A stretch of 64,000 bases of DNA from Terriglobales bacterium (GCA_027485675.1 JAIXQP010000047.1:24659-88658); one strand, 5' to 3'; counted from the stretch's first letter, positions 1 through 12,308 are shown. Notes: generated from the sequence alone by a model not told the origin. Program-made: numbers and translations.

Positions 1-2787
<2,787 letters not shown>

Positions 2788-2840
2788 GAAAGGAAGGCGG
2801 GAGCTCATAGCGGAGCCCCAACTTCCATGATAGCGGGAGG

Positions 2841-3647
2841 TTACTCCTTCAGGAGGGTTTCGAGGCTGGGATTGTCGTCGAGTTGGAGCGACCACGCTTC
2901 GAGAACTTCCGGGGTGGCGGAGGTGATTCTGGCCTCGGCCCATGCGGGGAGGGGACCGAAACGCTTCAGAAGGCGTTTCCGGAGAACGCTGGACAGAGCC
3001 TCCGACCGGCCCTGTGCCAAGCCCTGGCGGATAGCGGGTCCCAACACCTTGTTTTCGAGAAGATCGATCATTTCGTCTTGGAGCCTCCTTTCGAGTTCCT
3101 CTTCTATTCCCAGTATGCCCCCAAGAATCACGAAAGTGGAGGCGGCTTTCTGCTGCTCCTCATCGGGGAGCGTGCGCAATTTGGCCGAAACAACGCGGAA
3201 GACCCGCTCCGGGTCGGACTTGGTGAGCAGCGCCCACTCGTTATCGGTCCAGTCGTCACTGGCCAGAAGCTCTTCGCCGTCCATCTCCCGCAGGTTGAGA
3301 ATCGTGTACTCGTGCCGGGTGGTTGGCGAGACGTAGAACGAAGTCATGCGGAGCGGCTCGCGGCCGGCATAGAGAACCGTCTGGTAGAGCGGTTCCGGGT
3401 AGAGGCGGCGGATGCCCACGTAGTAATCCAACATGCGGAACGGCATCGCCGGGTCGTTCTGGAACTGAAGCTCCACCTGGCGCAGATGGCCCTCGGCGGT
3501 CCGGGCCAGCAGGTCGGCCCGCGGATTCCGCACATCGGGGAGTTCGACGTTCGGCCAATCCACCACTTCGCCGAACAGCAGCCGGGAGAGCACACCCTGC
3601 GAGCGGCGAAAGAGGTATTTGAACGTGACGTCGAAGGTCTGGGCCAT
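2841..3647 (-). CDS. Rpn/YhgA-like PD-(D/E)XK nuclease (putative transposase-like) with DUF4351-like C-terminal tail
   Basis: 268-aa ORF. N-terminal half has a D...E-x-Q type core (RADLLART...LRQVELQFQ). C-terminus ...[36 protein letters not shown] resembles the DUF4351 tail of Rpn-family proteins. Confidence 0.65.
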   Translation of the reverse strand: MAQTFDVTFKYLFRRSQGVLSRLLFGEVVDWPNVELPDVRNPRADLLARTAEGHLRQVELQFQNDPAMPFRMLDYYVGIRRLYPEPLYQTVLYAGREPLRMTSFYVSPTTRHEYTILNLREMDGEELLASDDWTDNEWALLTKSDPERVFRVVSAKLRTLPDEEQQKAASTFVILGGILGIEEELERRLQDEMIDLLENKVLGPAIRQGLAQGRSEALSSVLRKRLLKRFGPLPAWAEARITSATPEVLEAWSLQLDDNPSLETLLKE

Positions 3648-3702
3648 GCCGCTGGGATCCTAGTGCGCGAGCGGCGCCGGGAATCTCCGCTATCCTACGG
3701 GA

Positions 3703-4299
3703 ATGCGGATCGGCGCCTTTGCGGCAAACCTGGCGGTGTTGCTGCTGTTCGGGGTTGGCATTCCCTGGCTCAAGGGGATCGATTTCCTCGATCTGTTTCT
3801 GCTCATCCCGTACTCCCTGCTGGGCGTTTTCTATACCTCACCCCGCGCCGTGGCGGTCGCCTCCGAAACCCCCATCTCGCTCGCCGCTCTCGGCCGGGCG
3901 GCGCTGATTGGCTGGGGCATTGGCGTCCTCATCCTGGCCATGGGTTTGGCGACCGTCAACATCAGCGAAGGCCATGAATTGCTGCCGCCCGTACCGGTCC
4001 TGTTATGTCTCGCGGTGCTGGGTCTGATGGCCTGCCTGCTGACCGCGGCCATCGCGGTGCGAGTGGCCATCGCGGCGTCAAGCGAGGCCGCGGCCCGGTC
4101 GCGCATCCGGATCGGGTTTCTCCTCCTCATCTGCCTGTGCCTGGCAGCCCCGCGGCTGGTGGGCGATGAGGCGGCGAGCGTCGTTCTGGGGTGGCTGACT
4201 CCCGAGGGTATGGTGCGGCTGACCATGGTTCTGGCGCCCGTCATGGCCATCGGAACGCTGTTTCTTCTCCGGGTCAGACTGGCGCGATACACTGGCTAA
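3703..4299 (+). CDS. Polytopic inner-membrane protein, unknown function
   Basis: 198-aa ORF with 5-6 hydrophobic helices (LAVLLLFGVGIPW, LFLLIPYSLLGVFY, ALIGWGIGVLILAMGLA, VLLCLAVLGLMACLLTAAIAV, FLLLICLCLAA, MVLAPVMAIGTLFLL). Stop lies 3 nt before the next start. Confidence 0.6.
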   Translation: MRIGAFAANLAVLLLFGVGIPWLKGIDFLDLFLLIPYSLLGVFYTSPRAVAVASETPISLAALGRAALIGWGIGVLILAMGLATVNISEGHELLPPVPVLLCLAVLGLMACLLTAAIAVRVAIAASSEAAARSRIRIGFLLLICLCLAAPRLVGDEAASVVLGWLTPEGMVRLTMVLAPVMAIGTLFLLRVRLARYTG

Positions 4300-4302
4300 T
4301 TC

Positions 4303-5313
4303 ATGCGAATCCTCTCGAAATCACCGTGCCGCGTGGACCTCGCGGGCGGCACCCTGGACATCTGGCCTCTCTATCTGCACCACGCCAATGCTTGTACGGT
4401 GAACTTTGCGGTGGACCGCTACACGACCTGCGACCTCCAGACCCGGGAAGACAGCAAGATCGTTCTCCGCTCCCGGGACCTCGGCCGGGAGGAGGAGTTC
4501 GGCTCGCTGGCGGAACTTACCGCCGCGAAAAAGTATAAGCTGGCGCTGCTCGCCGAAGTGGTGAAGTTCTTCGCGCCGCCCATGGGCGTGGACGTCGATA
4601 CCAACTCCGAGGCCCCTGCCGGGGCGGGCATCAGCGGCTCCTCGTCGCTCATCATTACCCTGGCCAGCGCGTTCAATAAGCTGCTCGGGACGGGTTATTC
4701 CATTGAAGCCCTGCGGCAGGTGGCCCAGAACATTGAAGCGCGGATCATCCGGGTGCCCACCGGGTGCCAGGACTACTATCCGGCCATGTACGGCGGGGTC
4801 AGTGCGGTGGAACTGCGCGTGGATGGAATCAAGCGGTTGGCGCTGCCGGTGAACCATGAGGATCTGATCTCCCGAACGGTGCTGGCCTACACGGGCGAAC
4901 CGCGGAACTCCGGCATCAATAACTGGGAGGTCACCAAGCTCTATATCGATGGCGATAAGCAGGTGCACCGGAACTTTGACCAGATCGCGGGTATTGCGCA
5001 CGCCATGCGCGGTGCGCTTGGTGCCAGCGATTGGGGCGAAGTGGCGCGGCTGCTGCGGGAAGAGTGGAGCTTCCGGAAGAAGAATGCGCCGGGGATCACG
5101 ACGCCGCTGATTGATGAGTTGGTGAAGGTTACCAAGAAAGCCGGAGCGGCGGGGGCGAAGGTCTGCGGGGCGGGCGGCGGCGGCTGTGTGTTTTTCCTGG
5201 TGGAGCCGGGCGCGAAAGAGAAGGTGGGCCAGTTGATTGCCCAGGCCGGAGCGACCGTTCTGCCGGTAAAGGTGGCGCCAAAAGGGGTGACGGTGAAGGC
5301 GAGCGGTGGGTAA
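4303..5313 (+). CDS. GHMP-family small-molecule (sugar-type) kinase
   Basis: 336 aa. GHMP ATP-binding motif SEAPAGAGISGSSSL and C-terminal GAKVCGAGGGGCVFFLV motif. Overall similar to heptose/fucose-type GHMP kinases. Confidence 0.85.
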   Translation: MRILSKSPCRVDLAGGTLDIWPLYLHHANACTVNFAVDRYTTCDLQTREDSKIVLRSRDLGREEEFGSLAELTAAKKYKLALLAEVVKFFAPPMGVDVDTNSEAPAGAGISGSSSLIITLASAFNKLLGTGYSIEALRQVAQNIEARIIRVPTGCQDYYPAMYGGVSAVELRVDGIKRLALPVNHEDLISRTVLAYTGEPRNSGINNWEVTKLYIDGDKQVHRNFDQIAGIAHAMRGALGASDWGEVARLLREEWSFRKKNAPGITTPLIDELVKVTKKAGAAGAKVCGAGGGGCVFFLVEPGAKEKVGQLIAQAGATVLPVKVAPKGVTVKASGG

Positions 5314-6139
5314 GGATTGGATCGGCCCGGCGCTGCGGGTGGGCTTATTCGGGCTGACCGGATTCATGGGCCTGCTCGTCTTCGGCTTCACGCTGAGCCC
5401 GTTGGGATTGCTCGTGACCGCGACGCTGAGCGTGTTCGGAGCGGGCGCCGTGGCCAGTACGCTGGCGCTGCGGATCTACGAAGCCGGGCGGCTGACGGCT
5501 ATCGGCTTTGGCTGGCATGCGGCGGCGGCGCGGCATCTCCTGTACGGGCTCGGGCTAGGCGCGGGAGGGATCGTAACGGTCCTGGGGATCCCGCTGCTCG
5601 TCGGGAAGGCCCAGTTTGTGGCTACCCCGGACGTGCCGTTCAATCTCCCCAGCTTGGCCCTGGTCGCCGTTTGTCTGCTCTTTGGCGCGATCGGCGAAGA
5701 GCTGCTGTTCCGCGGCTACGCCTTTCAGGTGCTTGCCGGTTCGTTCGGGGTTTATCAGGTCTTGCTGCCGCTTGCGGTCCTGTTCGCCGCGATGCATGCC
5801 GGCAACCAAAGCGCGTCGCCCTTGGGGCTGTTCAACACCTTTCTATGGGGCGTCTTGTTGGGTTACGCGTTGCTCCGCAGCGGCGACCTCTGGCTGCCGA
5901 TCGGGCTGCACTACGGGTGGAACGTTACAACTCCCCTCTTCGGTGTGAACCTGAGCGGCTTTACAATGGGATTGACGGGTTATACCGTGCAGTGGAATGC
6001 CGGCGAGCTGTGGAGCGGCGGCGGGTATGGGCCGGAAGGCAGCGTACTTTGCACCGTCGCTTGCGCGGGAGTCGGTTACGCTCTCTATCGGATCCCGTTC
6101 AATCGGCAGCGGTTACCGCTGTTGCCGGAGGAGGAGTAA
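5306..6139 (+). CDS. CPBP-family (CAAX/Abi) intramembrane metalloprotease
   Basis: 277 aa, polytopic. Hallmark motifs GEELLFRGY and FAAMHAGN. GTG start at 5306 overlaps the kinase stop by 8 nt; a downstream ATG start is possible. Confidence 0.8.
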   Translation: MGKDWIGPALRVGLFGLTGFMGLLVFGFTLSPLGLLVTATLSVFGAGAVASTLALRIYEAGRLTAIGFGWHAAAARHLLYGLGLGAGGIVTVLGIPLLVGKAQFVATPDVPFNLPSLALVAVCLLFGAIGEELLFRGYAFQVLAGSFGVYQVLLPLAVLFAAMHAGNQSASPLGLFNTFLWGVLLGYALLRSGDLWLPIGLHYGWNVTTPLFGVNLSGFTMGLTGYTVQWNAGELWSGGGYGPEGSVLCTVACAGVGYALYRIPFNRQRLPLLPEEE

Positions 6140-6922
6140 ATGCGGCGTTGGGCTTGGGTGCTACTGGCTTGTTTGCCGGCCGCGGCGGAGAAGCAAAAGC
6201 TGACGGAAGAGGAGCGCCTGATGCTCATCCGCGGCTTGATGGCGGAGACGGCGAAAGCCAAGGTGATGATTCCGCGCTCGAAGAAGCCGCTGGCGGTGGA
6301 CGAGAAGGGCGGCTGGGATAAGACGCTTTGGGAGGCCGCCTCGAAGGAGTTCGGGCCGGCGGCGAGGGTAGGGGAACTCGTCACGGTGACGAAGGTCGAG
6401 ATCAAAGACGACCGTGTGGAACTCGAACTGAACAACGGCTTGAAGAGCGGCCGGACGTGGCGGGACCGGGTGCAGGTGGGCGTGGGGAATTCGACGGCCC
6501 CGATTGGGCGAAGCGATGCGCAGGCTTCGGCGGGCAGCAATATCGCGGTGGTGTTCGCGGCGAAGGTGACGACCCTTGAAGTCGCGGACGTGAAGCGCAT
6601 TCTGGCTCCGGTGATGGACTTTGATAAGCGGACCGTCACCGAAAACTACATGGAGAACATTCCCGCCCCGATTCGGAAGGCGATCCAGGATAAGCGCGTC
6701 ATCGAGGGTATGGATAAGGATCAGGTGATGGCGGCCGTGGGCCGGCCTCTGCGGAAGGAGCGGCAGACTGTGGACGGCTCCGACTTTGAAGATTGGATGT
6801 ACGGCCGGGCGCCGGGAAAGCTGACGTTCGTGACGTTTGAAGGGAACAAGGTCGTGAAGGTGAAAGAGCTTTACGCCGGCCTTGGCGGGAGTACAGCCGC
6901 GGATCTGCCGGTGCAGGAATAG
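6140..6922 (+). CDS. Secreted protein with BamE/SmpA_OmlA-like C-terminal domain
   Basis: 260 aa. Signal peptide MRRWAWVLLACLPAAAE. C-terminal GMDKDQVMAAVGRPLRKERQTVDGSDFEDWMYG...KLTFVTFEGNKVVKVKE resembles the BamE fold. Start abuts the preceding stop (TAAATG). Confidence 0.55.
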   Translation: MRRWAWVLLACLPAAAEKQKLTEEERLMLIRGLMAETAKAKVMIPRSKKPLAVDEKGGWDKTLWEAASKEFGPAARVGELVTVTKVEIKDDRVELELNNGLKSGRTWRDRVQVGVGNSTAPIGRSDAQASAGSNIAVVFAAKVTTLEVADVKRILAPVMDFDKRTVTENYMENIPAPIRKAIQDKRVIEGMDKDQVMAAVGRPLRKERQTVDGSDFEDWMYGRAPGKLTFVTFEGNKVVKVKELYAGLGGSTAADLPVQE

Positions 6923-6950
6923 CACCAGCAGATCTGCTCGCCACCCGCGC

Positions 6951-8342
6951 CTAGCGGCGGCGCGGCGGAACGGCCCCCAGCTTCGTTTGGCCGGCCACCG
7001 GCGGGCCAAACGGGTACGTGTCCGGGGTCACGACCACGCCCGTCGTGAACTTAAACGGCATCTTGCCGGCGCTCGGATACGTCATCTCCAGAAAATACGC
7101 GGTATAGCCCTTAGCGGGAGCGGCCGGTTTGGCGGTGTATTTCCCGTTCTTGCCCGGCTGAATCTCCGTGCTCGTGTACTTCGCGCCCAGGGTTTCGAGC
7201 CGGAAGTCGCGCGCGTCCGGATTCGTGGCCTGCCAGAGCTTCACCGAGCTTGGCTTCGTTTTGCTCTGCAGCTCAATCGTCAAATCCTTCTTCACCTTCC
7301 AGGTGTAGACCGGCCGGGGTTCATTCTTGATCACCGCATTGTAGAAGGCCGTGATCGACTCGGGCGCGTCCGAGTTGCGAAGGCTGTGGTCCGTGTTGGG
7401 CACGTAGCGGATATGCTTCTCGCCTTTCAAATCCTTCCAGTAGAACTTCCACGAGTCGGGAAGGAAGAACTGGTCGCCGGCGCCGTGTACCAGGAACTTC
7501 GGCTGCATGAAGCGGTCGCGGTAGTGGTAGGGCTCCACCAGCTTCATGAGTTCCAGGTACTTGGGATCGTTCATCTTGTCCATCAACCCCTGTTCGTAGT
7601 AGTTCCCCACTGCCGGGGCCCAGAAGCCGTACGCCCGGTGGTGATGGACGAAGCTGGGAATGATGTTAAGCATGTCAATCACCAGCGGCATAAACGCCAC
7701 CACGCGCTGATCGACGGCCGCGGTGGTCCAGGTCGTCCAGCCGCGCTTCGAGGCGCCGGCGACGACGAACTTGTCCACGGTCGTGTTCTGCTCCTTGAGG
7801 AATGCCGTCACCGTGTCCATCGCGCGAACGGCCGCTTTCGTCATCGGCATCCGCGCGGGCCAGGTTTCGTCGCCCGTCTTCAAATAGTTGTTCCAGGTGT
7901 AGGCGATGAAGTCGTCCTCCACGCGAGGCTTCTTTGCGGGGTCGTCGTTGAAGATCAGCGGCTGGTTGGGAACCATGCGAAGTTCGGTGACGACCGCGCC
8001 GGTGTACTCGGCGATCGCGGTCATCATCGCGTCGACGGAGGTGCGCGGGCGGCCATCATTGGCGCCGCCGGTGATCATCAGGAAGCCGATATTCGAGGTG
8101 ACCTTCGCAGGCTTCACAATCGTGACCCAATGTTTCCATTGGCCGCGGTTCATCTCCTTCTCCTTCCAGGTCTGGGAGGTCATGTCGAGCACATAAGCCG
8201 TCGTATTCTTGCCGGGAATGGTGTTGGCGAGCTTCCACGAGTAGCTCGCATCAGGCGCGGCGACATAGCGGTCGAGGCCGGTTTCCTTGCGCGGCGCGGC
8301 CACCACGAACAGGGGCAGGAAAAAGAGAAGAGCGAGACGCAT
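6951..8342 (-). CDS. PhoPQ-activated pathogenicity-related (PqaA-type) alpha/beta-hydrolase-like secreted protein
   Basis: 463 aa. Signal peptide MRLALLFFLPLFVVAAP. Nucleophile-elbow-like VVAGASKRGWTTWTTAAVD. Overall pattern matches the PhoPQ_related family as I remember it. Confidence 0.75.
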   Translation of the reverse strand: MRLALLFFLPLFVVAAPRKETGLDRYVAAPDASYSWKLANTIPGKNTTAYVLDMTSQTWKEKEMNRGQWKHWVTIVKPAKVTSNIGFLMITGGANDGRPRTSVDAMMTAIAEYTGAVVTELRMVPNQPLIFNDDPAKKPRVEDDFIAYTWNNYLKTGDETWPARMPMTKAAVRAMDTVTAFLKEQNTTVDKFVVAGASKRGWTTWTTAAVDQRVVAFMPLVIDMLNIIPSFVHHHRAYGFWAPAVGNYYEQGLMDKMNDPKYLELMKLVEPYHYRDRFMQPKFLVHGAGDQFFLPDSWKFYWKDLKGEKHIRYVPNTDHSLRNSDAPESITAFYNAVIKNEPRPVYTWKVKKDLTIELQSKTKPSSVKLWQATNPDARDFRLETLGAKYTSTEIQPGKNGKYTAKPAAPAKGYTAYFLEMTYPSAGKMPFKFTTGVVVTPDTYPFGPPVAGQTKLGAVPPRRR

Positions 8343-8374
8343 ATGGGAACAATCGTATCCTGAGGGATATGCGT
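8337..8374. promoter_or_regulatory. Back-to-back divergent start codons, 26 nt apart, embedded in an 8-bp inverted repeat
   Basis: ACGCATAT (8337-8344) and ATATGCGT (8367-8374). Both genes begin ATGCGT (Met-Arg plus signal peptide). No well-spaced Shine-Dalgarno sequence on either side. Confidence 0.35.
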
Positions 8375-10999
8375 AAGCTACTTGTCTTTTTGGTTACAGC
8401 CGTGGCGCTGTCGGCCCAGGCGCGATTTGAGTTCTGGCCGGGAACGGTCTACGACCCGGCGGTGCCCACCTTCGAGAAAGTTCTCGGCTACGGCGCCGGC
8501 GAAAAACTAGCTTCGTATAGCGAAATCGTGCAGTACTTCGACGCTTTGGCGGCCGCGTCGAGCGGGCGGATGAAGGTTTACGAGTACGCCAAGAGCTGGG
8601 AAGGCCGCAAGCTCTTCTATGCCGTCATCGCCAGCGAGGCCAATCACCGGCGCATGGCGGCGATCCAGGCGGACATCAAGAAACTGGCGGATCCCCGCAA
8701 GACGCCGGATGCCGAGGCCAAGCGGATCATGGCCGGACTGCCGGCCGTGGTGTGGCTCGGCTATACCGTGCATGGCAATGAACTCTCCGGCTCCGACGCG
8801 GCCATGTTGACCGCCTATCATCTGCTCGCCGCCCGCAACCAGAAGATGGTCGCCGACGTCCTGGCGAATACGGTGATCCTGATCGATCCTTTGCAAAACC
8901 CGGACGGACGCACCCGCTTTGTCAACAACTTCGAGCAAGCCTACGGCATCGAAGCCGACGGCAGCGCCGTCGCCGCCGAGCGGAACGAACCCTGGCCCGG
9001 CGGCCGCAGCAACCACTACCTGTTCGACATGAACCGGGACTGGTTCGCCCTGACTCAGCCGGAGACCGCGGGACGCATCAAAATGATGCTCGAATGGTTC
9101 CCGCTCGTGGCGGCCGACCTCCACGAAATGGGCAGCGAATCCACGTATTACTTCGCCCCGGAAGCGGTGCCGTTTAATCCGCACCTGACCAAAGAGCAGA
9201 AAACCTCGCTCGACTGGTTCGGCAAGAACAACGCCAAGTACTTCGATCAGATGGGCTACAGCTACTTCACCCGGGAGGTCTACGATGCCTTCTACCCCGG
9301 TTACGGCGCCGCATGGCCGGCCTATCACGGAACCATCGCCATGACTTACGAAAACGCGGCCGTGCGCGGGATGCTCTATAACCGTTTGGACGGAACGGCC
9401 TATACCTTCAAGGAGAGCGTGAAGCGTCACTTTGTCACCTCCGTGGCGACCTGCGAAGCGGCGGCGAACTACCGGACGCAGTTGCTCGAAAATTTCTGGG
9501 CCTACCGGAAGTCAGCCGTCGAAGAGGGGCGCACCGAACCGGTGAAAGGCTACATCCTCTCGCGCAAGGGAGACGGCAGCGCGGCGGATAAGCTGGCGGA
9601 GTTACTGGTCACCCAGGGCGTCGAAGTGGGCAAGTTGGCGAGCGGCGCGCAGGGGGCGCCCGATGGCAGCTACCTGGTCAGTCTGGCGCAGCCGGCCAAA
9701 CGGTTGATCCGGACGCTCCTCGACAAGAACGTCGAACTCGAAAAGGACTTCGCCAAGGAGCAGGAGCGCCGCCGCCGCAAGAAACTTAGCGATGAGATCT
9801 ACGACGTGACCGCCTGGAGCTTGCCGCTGCAGTATGGCGTCGAGGCGATTCCCGTCTCCGCCCTCCCCGGCGGGGCGGCGCCGTTCACCGGGGCCCGTCC
9901 CAAGCCGGCGGCGCCGCCGAAGGCCCAGGTCGCCTACTTCGTCCCGTGGGGGACGCAGGCCGCCGGGCAGTTTCTGACCGCGGCGCTGCGGGCCGGATTG
10001 AAAGTCCACACCCTCGAGAAGGCGTTCGTCCAAAACGGCCGGACCTTCGACCGCGGGACGCTCGCCATCAAGGTGGCCGACAATCCGGCCAATCTGCATG
10101 ACCTCGTCGTGAAGGCCCAAGGCTATGCCGAAATCCTGGCGGCGGATTCGGGTTGGGTCGACAGTGGCATCAACCTCGGCAGCCGTTCGTCCTTTCCCAT
10201 GAAGAAACCGGCCATCGCGCTGGCGTGGGACCGGCCCGTGTCGGCGAACTCCGCCGGAGCCGTGAAGTGGATGCTCGAGCGCCAGTACGGCTACCCGGTC
10301 ACCGCCGTGCGGATGACCTCGCTGGCCACGGCGGACCTGAACAAATTCGACGTCTTGATCCTGCCCGATGCGGCGGGAGACTACGCAACGGCGCTGAGCG
10401 CAGGGGCGATCCGGCGCATCAAGGAGTGGGTGGCGAACGGCGGAACCGTGATCGGCATCGAAGCGGGCGTATCGTTCCTGGCCGACGCGAAAGTGGGACT
10501 GCTGGCCACCGCGCCGGAGCAGTTGGCGGTGGAGAAAAAGGTGGATCCGGTGAAGCCGGATGCGAGCGGGCAGGTGCCGGGTAAGGTTTTGAGCAGCGAA
10601 GCCGAGTTTCTGCAGGCCATCGCCCCGGCGCAGGACCGATTGGATACGGTGCAGGGAATCCTGGGCGTCGCCAAGACCGATCCGGACCACTGGATGACCG
10701 CCGGCGTGGCCCCGGCCGTCACGGCGCTCGTGGGCGGCCGGACGGTGTTTACTCCGCTGAAGCTGAACGCCGGAACGAACGCCGCCTATTTCGCCGGGAC
10801 GGAACAGTTAGTCGTCAGCGGGTACATGTGGCATGAGAACCAGAAGCAGTTCGCCTTCAAACCCTTCGTCATGGTGCAGCCCGAAGGGCGTGGCCACGTG
10901 ATCGGTTTTACGCAGGATCCGAACTTCCGGGGCTACATGGACGGGTTGAACGTCCTGTTTTTGAACGCCGTGTTTCGCGGCGTGGCGCACTCGCGCTAA
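8369..10999 (+). CDS. Secreted M14-family zinc carboxypeptidase with long C-terminal extension
   Basis: 876 aa. Signal peptide MRKLLVFLVTAVALSAQA. Zn-binding HxxE context GYTVHGNELSGSDAAM, and NPDGR motif. The C-terminal part has a glutamine-amidotransferase-like segment (FDVLILPDAAGDY...WVANGGTVIGIEAG). Confidence 0.8.
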   Translation: MRKLLVFLVTAVALSAQARFEFWPGTVYDPAVPTFEKVLGYGAGEKLASYSEIVQYFDALAAASSGRMKVYEYAKSWEGRKLFYAVIASEANHRRMAAIQADIKKLADPRKTPDAEAKRIMAGLPAVVWLGYTVHGNELSGSDAAMLTAYHLLAARNQKMVADVLANTVILIDPLQNPDGRTRFVNNFEQAYGIEADGSAVAAERNEPWPGGRSNHYLFDMNRDWFALTQPETAGRIKMMLEWFPLVAADLHEMGSESTYYFAPEAVPFNPHLTKEQKTSLDWFGKNNAKYFDQMGYSYFTREVYDAFYPGYGAAWPAYHGTIAMTYENAAVRGMLYNRLDGTAYTFKESVKRHFVTSVATCEAAANYRTQLLENFWAYRKSAVEEGRTEPVKGYILSRKGDGSAADKLAELLVTQGVEVGKLASGAQGAPDGSYLVSLAQPAKRLIRTLLDKNVELEKDFAKEQERRRRKKLSDEIYDVTAWSLPLQYGVEAIPVSALPGGAAPFTGARPKPAAPPKAQVAYFVPWGTQAAGQFLTAALRAGLKVHTLEKAFVQNGRTFDRGTLAIKVADNPANLHDLVVKAQGYAEILAADSGWVDSGINLGSRSSFPMKKPAIALAWDRPVSANSAGAVKWMLERQYGYPVTAVRMTSLATADLNKFDVLILPDAAGDYATALSAGAIRRIKEWVANGGTVIGIEAGVSFLADAKVGLLATAPEQLAVEKKVDPVKPDASGQVPGKVLSSEAEFLQAIAPAQDRLDTVQGILGVAKTDPDHWMTAGVAPAVTALVGGRTVFTPLKLNAGTNAAYFAGTEQLVVSGYMWHENQKQFAFKPFVMVQPEGRGHVIGFTQDPNFRGYMDGLNVLFLNAVFRGVAHSR

Positions 11000-11030
11000 T
11001 GATATTCTGGTGAATTCGTAAGGAGCAGAT

Positions 11031-12296
11031 ATGGATAAAGAGCTTTCTCGACGCGCGCTTCTGGGCGCCTTGGCCGCCGGACCGGCCGTATTGCCGGCCC
11101 TGGGCGCCAATGAAAAGTTGAATGTGGGCTGGATTGGCACCGGCAGCCGCGGGATGTACGTGATGGCGCAGATGTACACGGCCGTGCCCGATCAGGTAGT
11201 GGTCTCCGCGGTTTGCGATACCTTTGAAGGCAACAAGGCGAAGGGCAAGGATCAGGTGCAGACGAAGGGCGGCAACACGCCGAAGACTTACGTCGACTAC
11301 AAAGAGATTCTGGCCGACAAGTCCATCGACGTCGTCTTCATCACGACGCCCGAGCACCTGCACTACGAGATGGCCATCGCGGCCCTGCGCGCGGGCAAGC
11401 ACATCTATATCGAAAAGCCCCTGGCGCACACCATCGAAGAGGGCGCCGAAATCGTCAAGGAAGCCAAGAAGGCCGGCAAGATCGTGCAGGTCGGCACCCA
11501 GAACCGCTCCAATTCGCTCTACATTAAGGCGAAGGAGATGGTCGCCAAGGGCATGATCGGCGAAGTTCACTATGTCCGCGCCTTCTGGTACCGGAACTCG
11601 CTGCCGGACAACCCCGCCTGGCGTTACGCCATTCCGGGCGAAGCCGACGAGAAGAATACCGATTGGAAGCGCTTCCTGGGCACGGCGAAGAATCGGCCCT
11701 TCGATAAGCAGCGCTATTACCAGTGGCGGCTGTACTGGGATTACTCGGGCGGCATCTCGACCGACCTCCTCGTCCACCAGACCGACATCACCAATTTCGT
11801 TTGCGGCAAGACGGAGCCCTTGTCCTGCGTCGCCTCGGGCGGCATCTACCGCTGGGTCGATGGCAATGACGACCGCGAAGTGCCGGATACGCTGAGTGCG
11901 ATCTACGAGTACCCCGACAAGTTCCACATCAACTACTCCTGCTACTTCGGCAACGAGCAGTACGGCTATGGTGAACAGTTCATGGGTAACGAAGGCACCA
12001 TCGAGGTCCTCAACCGGCAGCAGTTGAAGTTCTCCACCGAAAAGTTCCGCGGCAAACCCCCGGCGCACGTAGCGGCGCGCCAGGAGTTCACCGAAGACAA
12101 GCCCCAGAACGATTTGAAGGCCGTGCAATCGCACGTGGCGGATCTGATCAACGCCATCAAGACGAACGGCAAGGTGATTGCCCCCGTCGAAGTCGGCCAG
12201 CAGGCGGCCATTTCGGGGCACTTGGCCACGATGTCGTTCCGCAGCGGGAAGAAGGTGCTGTGGGATACGAAGACCCAGAAGCACCGGTTCGCATAA
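11031..12296 (+). CDS. Gfo/Idh/MocA-family oxidoreductase with Tat-type leader
   Basis: 421 aa. Leader MDKELSRRALLGALAAG. Rossmann motif VGWIGTGSRGMY and conserved IYIEKPLAHT. AAGGAG RBS upstream. Confidence 0.85.
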   Translation: MDKELSRRALLGALAAGPAVLPALGANEKLNVGWIGTGSRGMYVMAQMYTAVPDQVVVSAVCDTFEGNKAKGKDQVQTKGGNTPKTYVDYKEILADKSIDVVFITTPEHLHYEMAIAALRAGKHIYIEKPLAHTIEEGAEIVKEAKKAGKIVQVGTQNRSNSLYIKAKEMVAKGMIGEVHYVRAFWYRNSLPDNPAWRYAIPGEADEKNTDWKRFLGTAKNRPFDKQRYYQWRLYWDYSGGISTDLLVHQTDITNFVCGKTEPLSCVASGGIYRWVDGNDDREVPDTLSAIYEYPDKFHINYSCYFGNEQYGYGEQFMGNEGTIEVLNRQQLKFSTEKFRGKPPAHVAARQEFTEDKPQNDLKAVQSHVADLINAIKTNGKVIAPVEVGQQAAISGHLATMSFRSGKKVLWDTKTQKHRFA

Positions 12297-12308
12297 AAGG
12301 AAACCAAC

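Noticed and set aside
2788-2840. Possible cobalamin riboswitch upstream of metH.
   Set aside because: Only about 53 nt (32 nt if ATG 2808 is used) separate metH from the preceding gene. That is far too short for a B12 riboswitch, and I saw no B12-box-like sequence.
6927-6938. 12-nt palindrome AGCAGATCTGCT between the convergent genes at 6922 and 6951.
   Set aside because: It can form at most a 4-bp stem and has no U-tract. That is too weak to call a terminator or operator.
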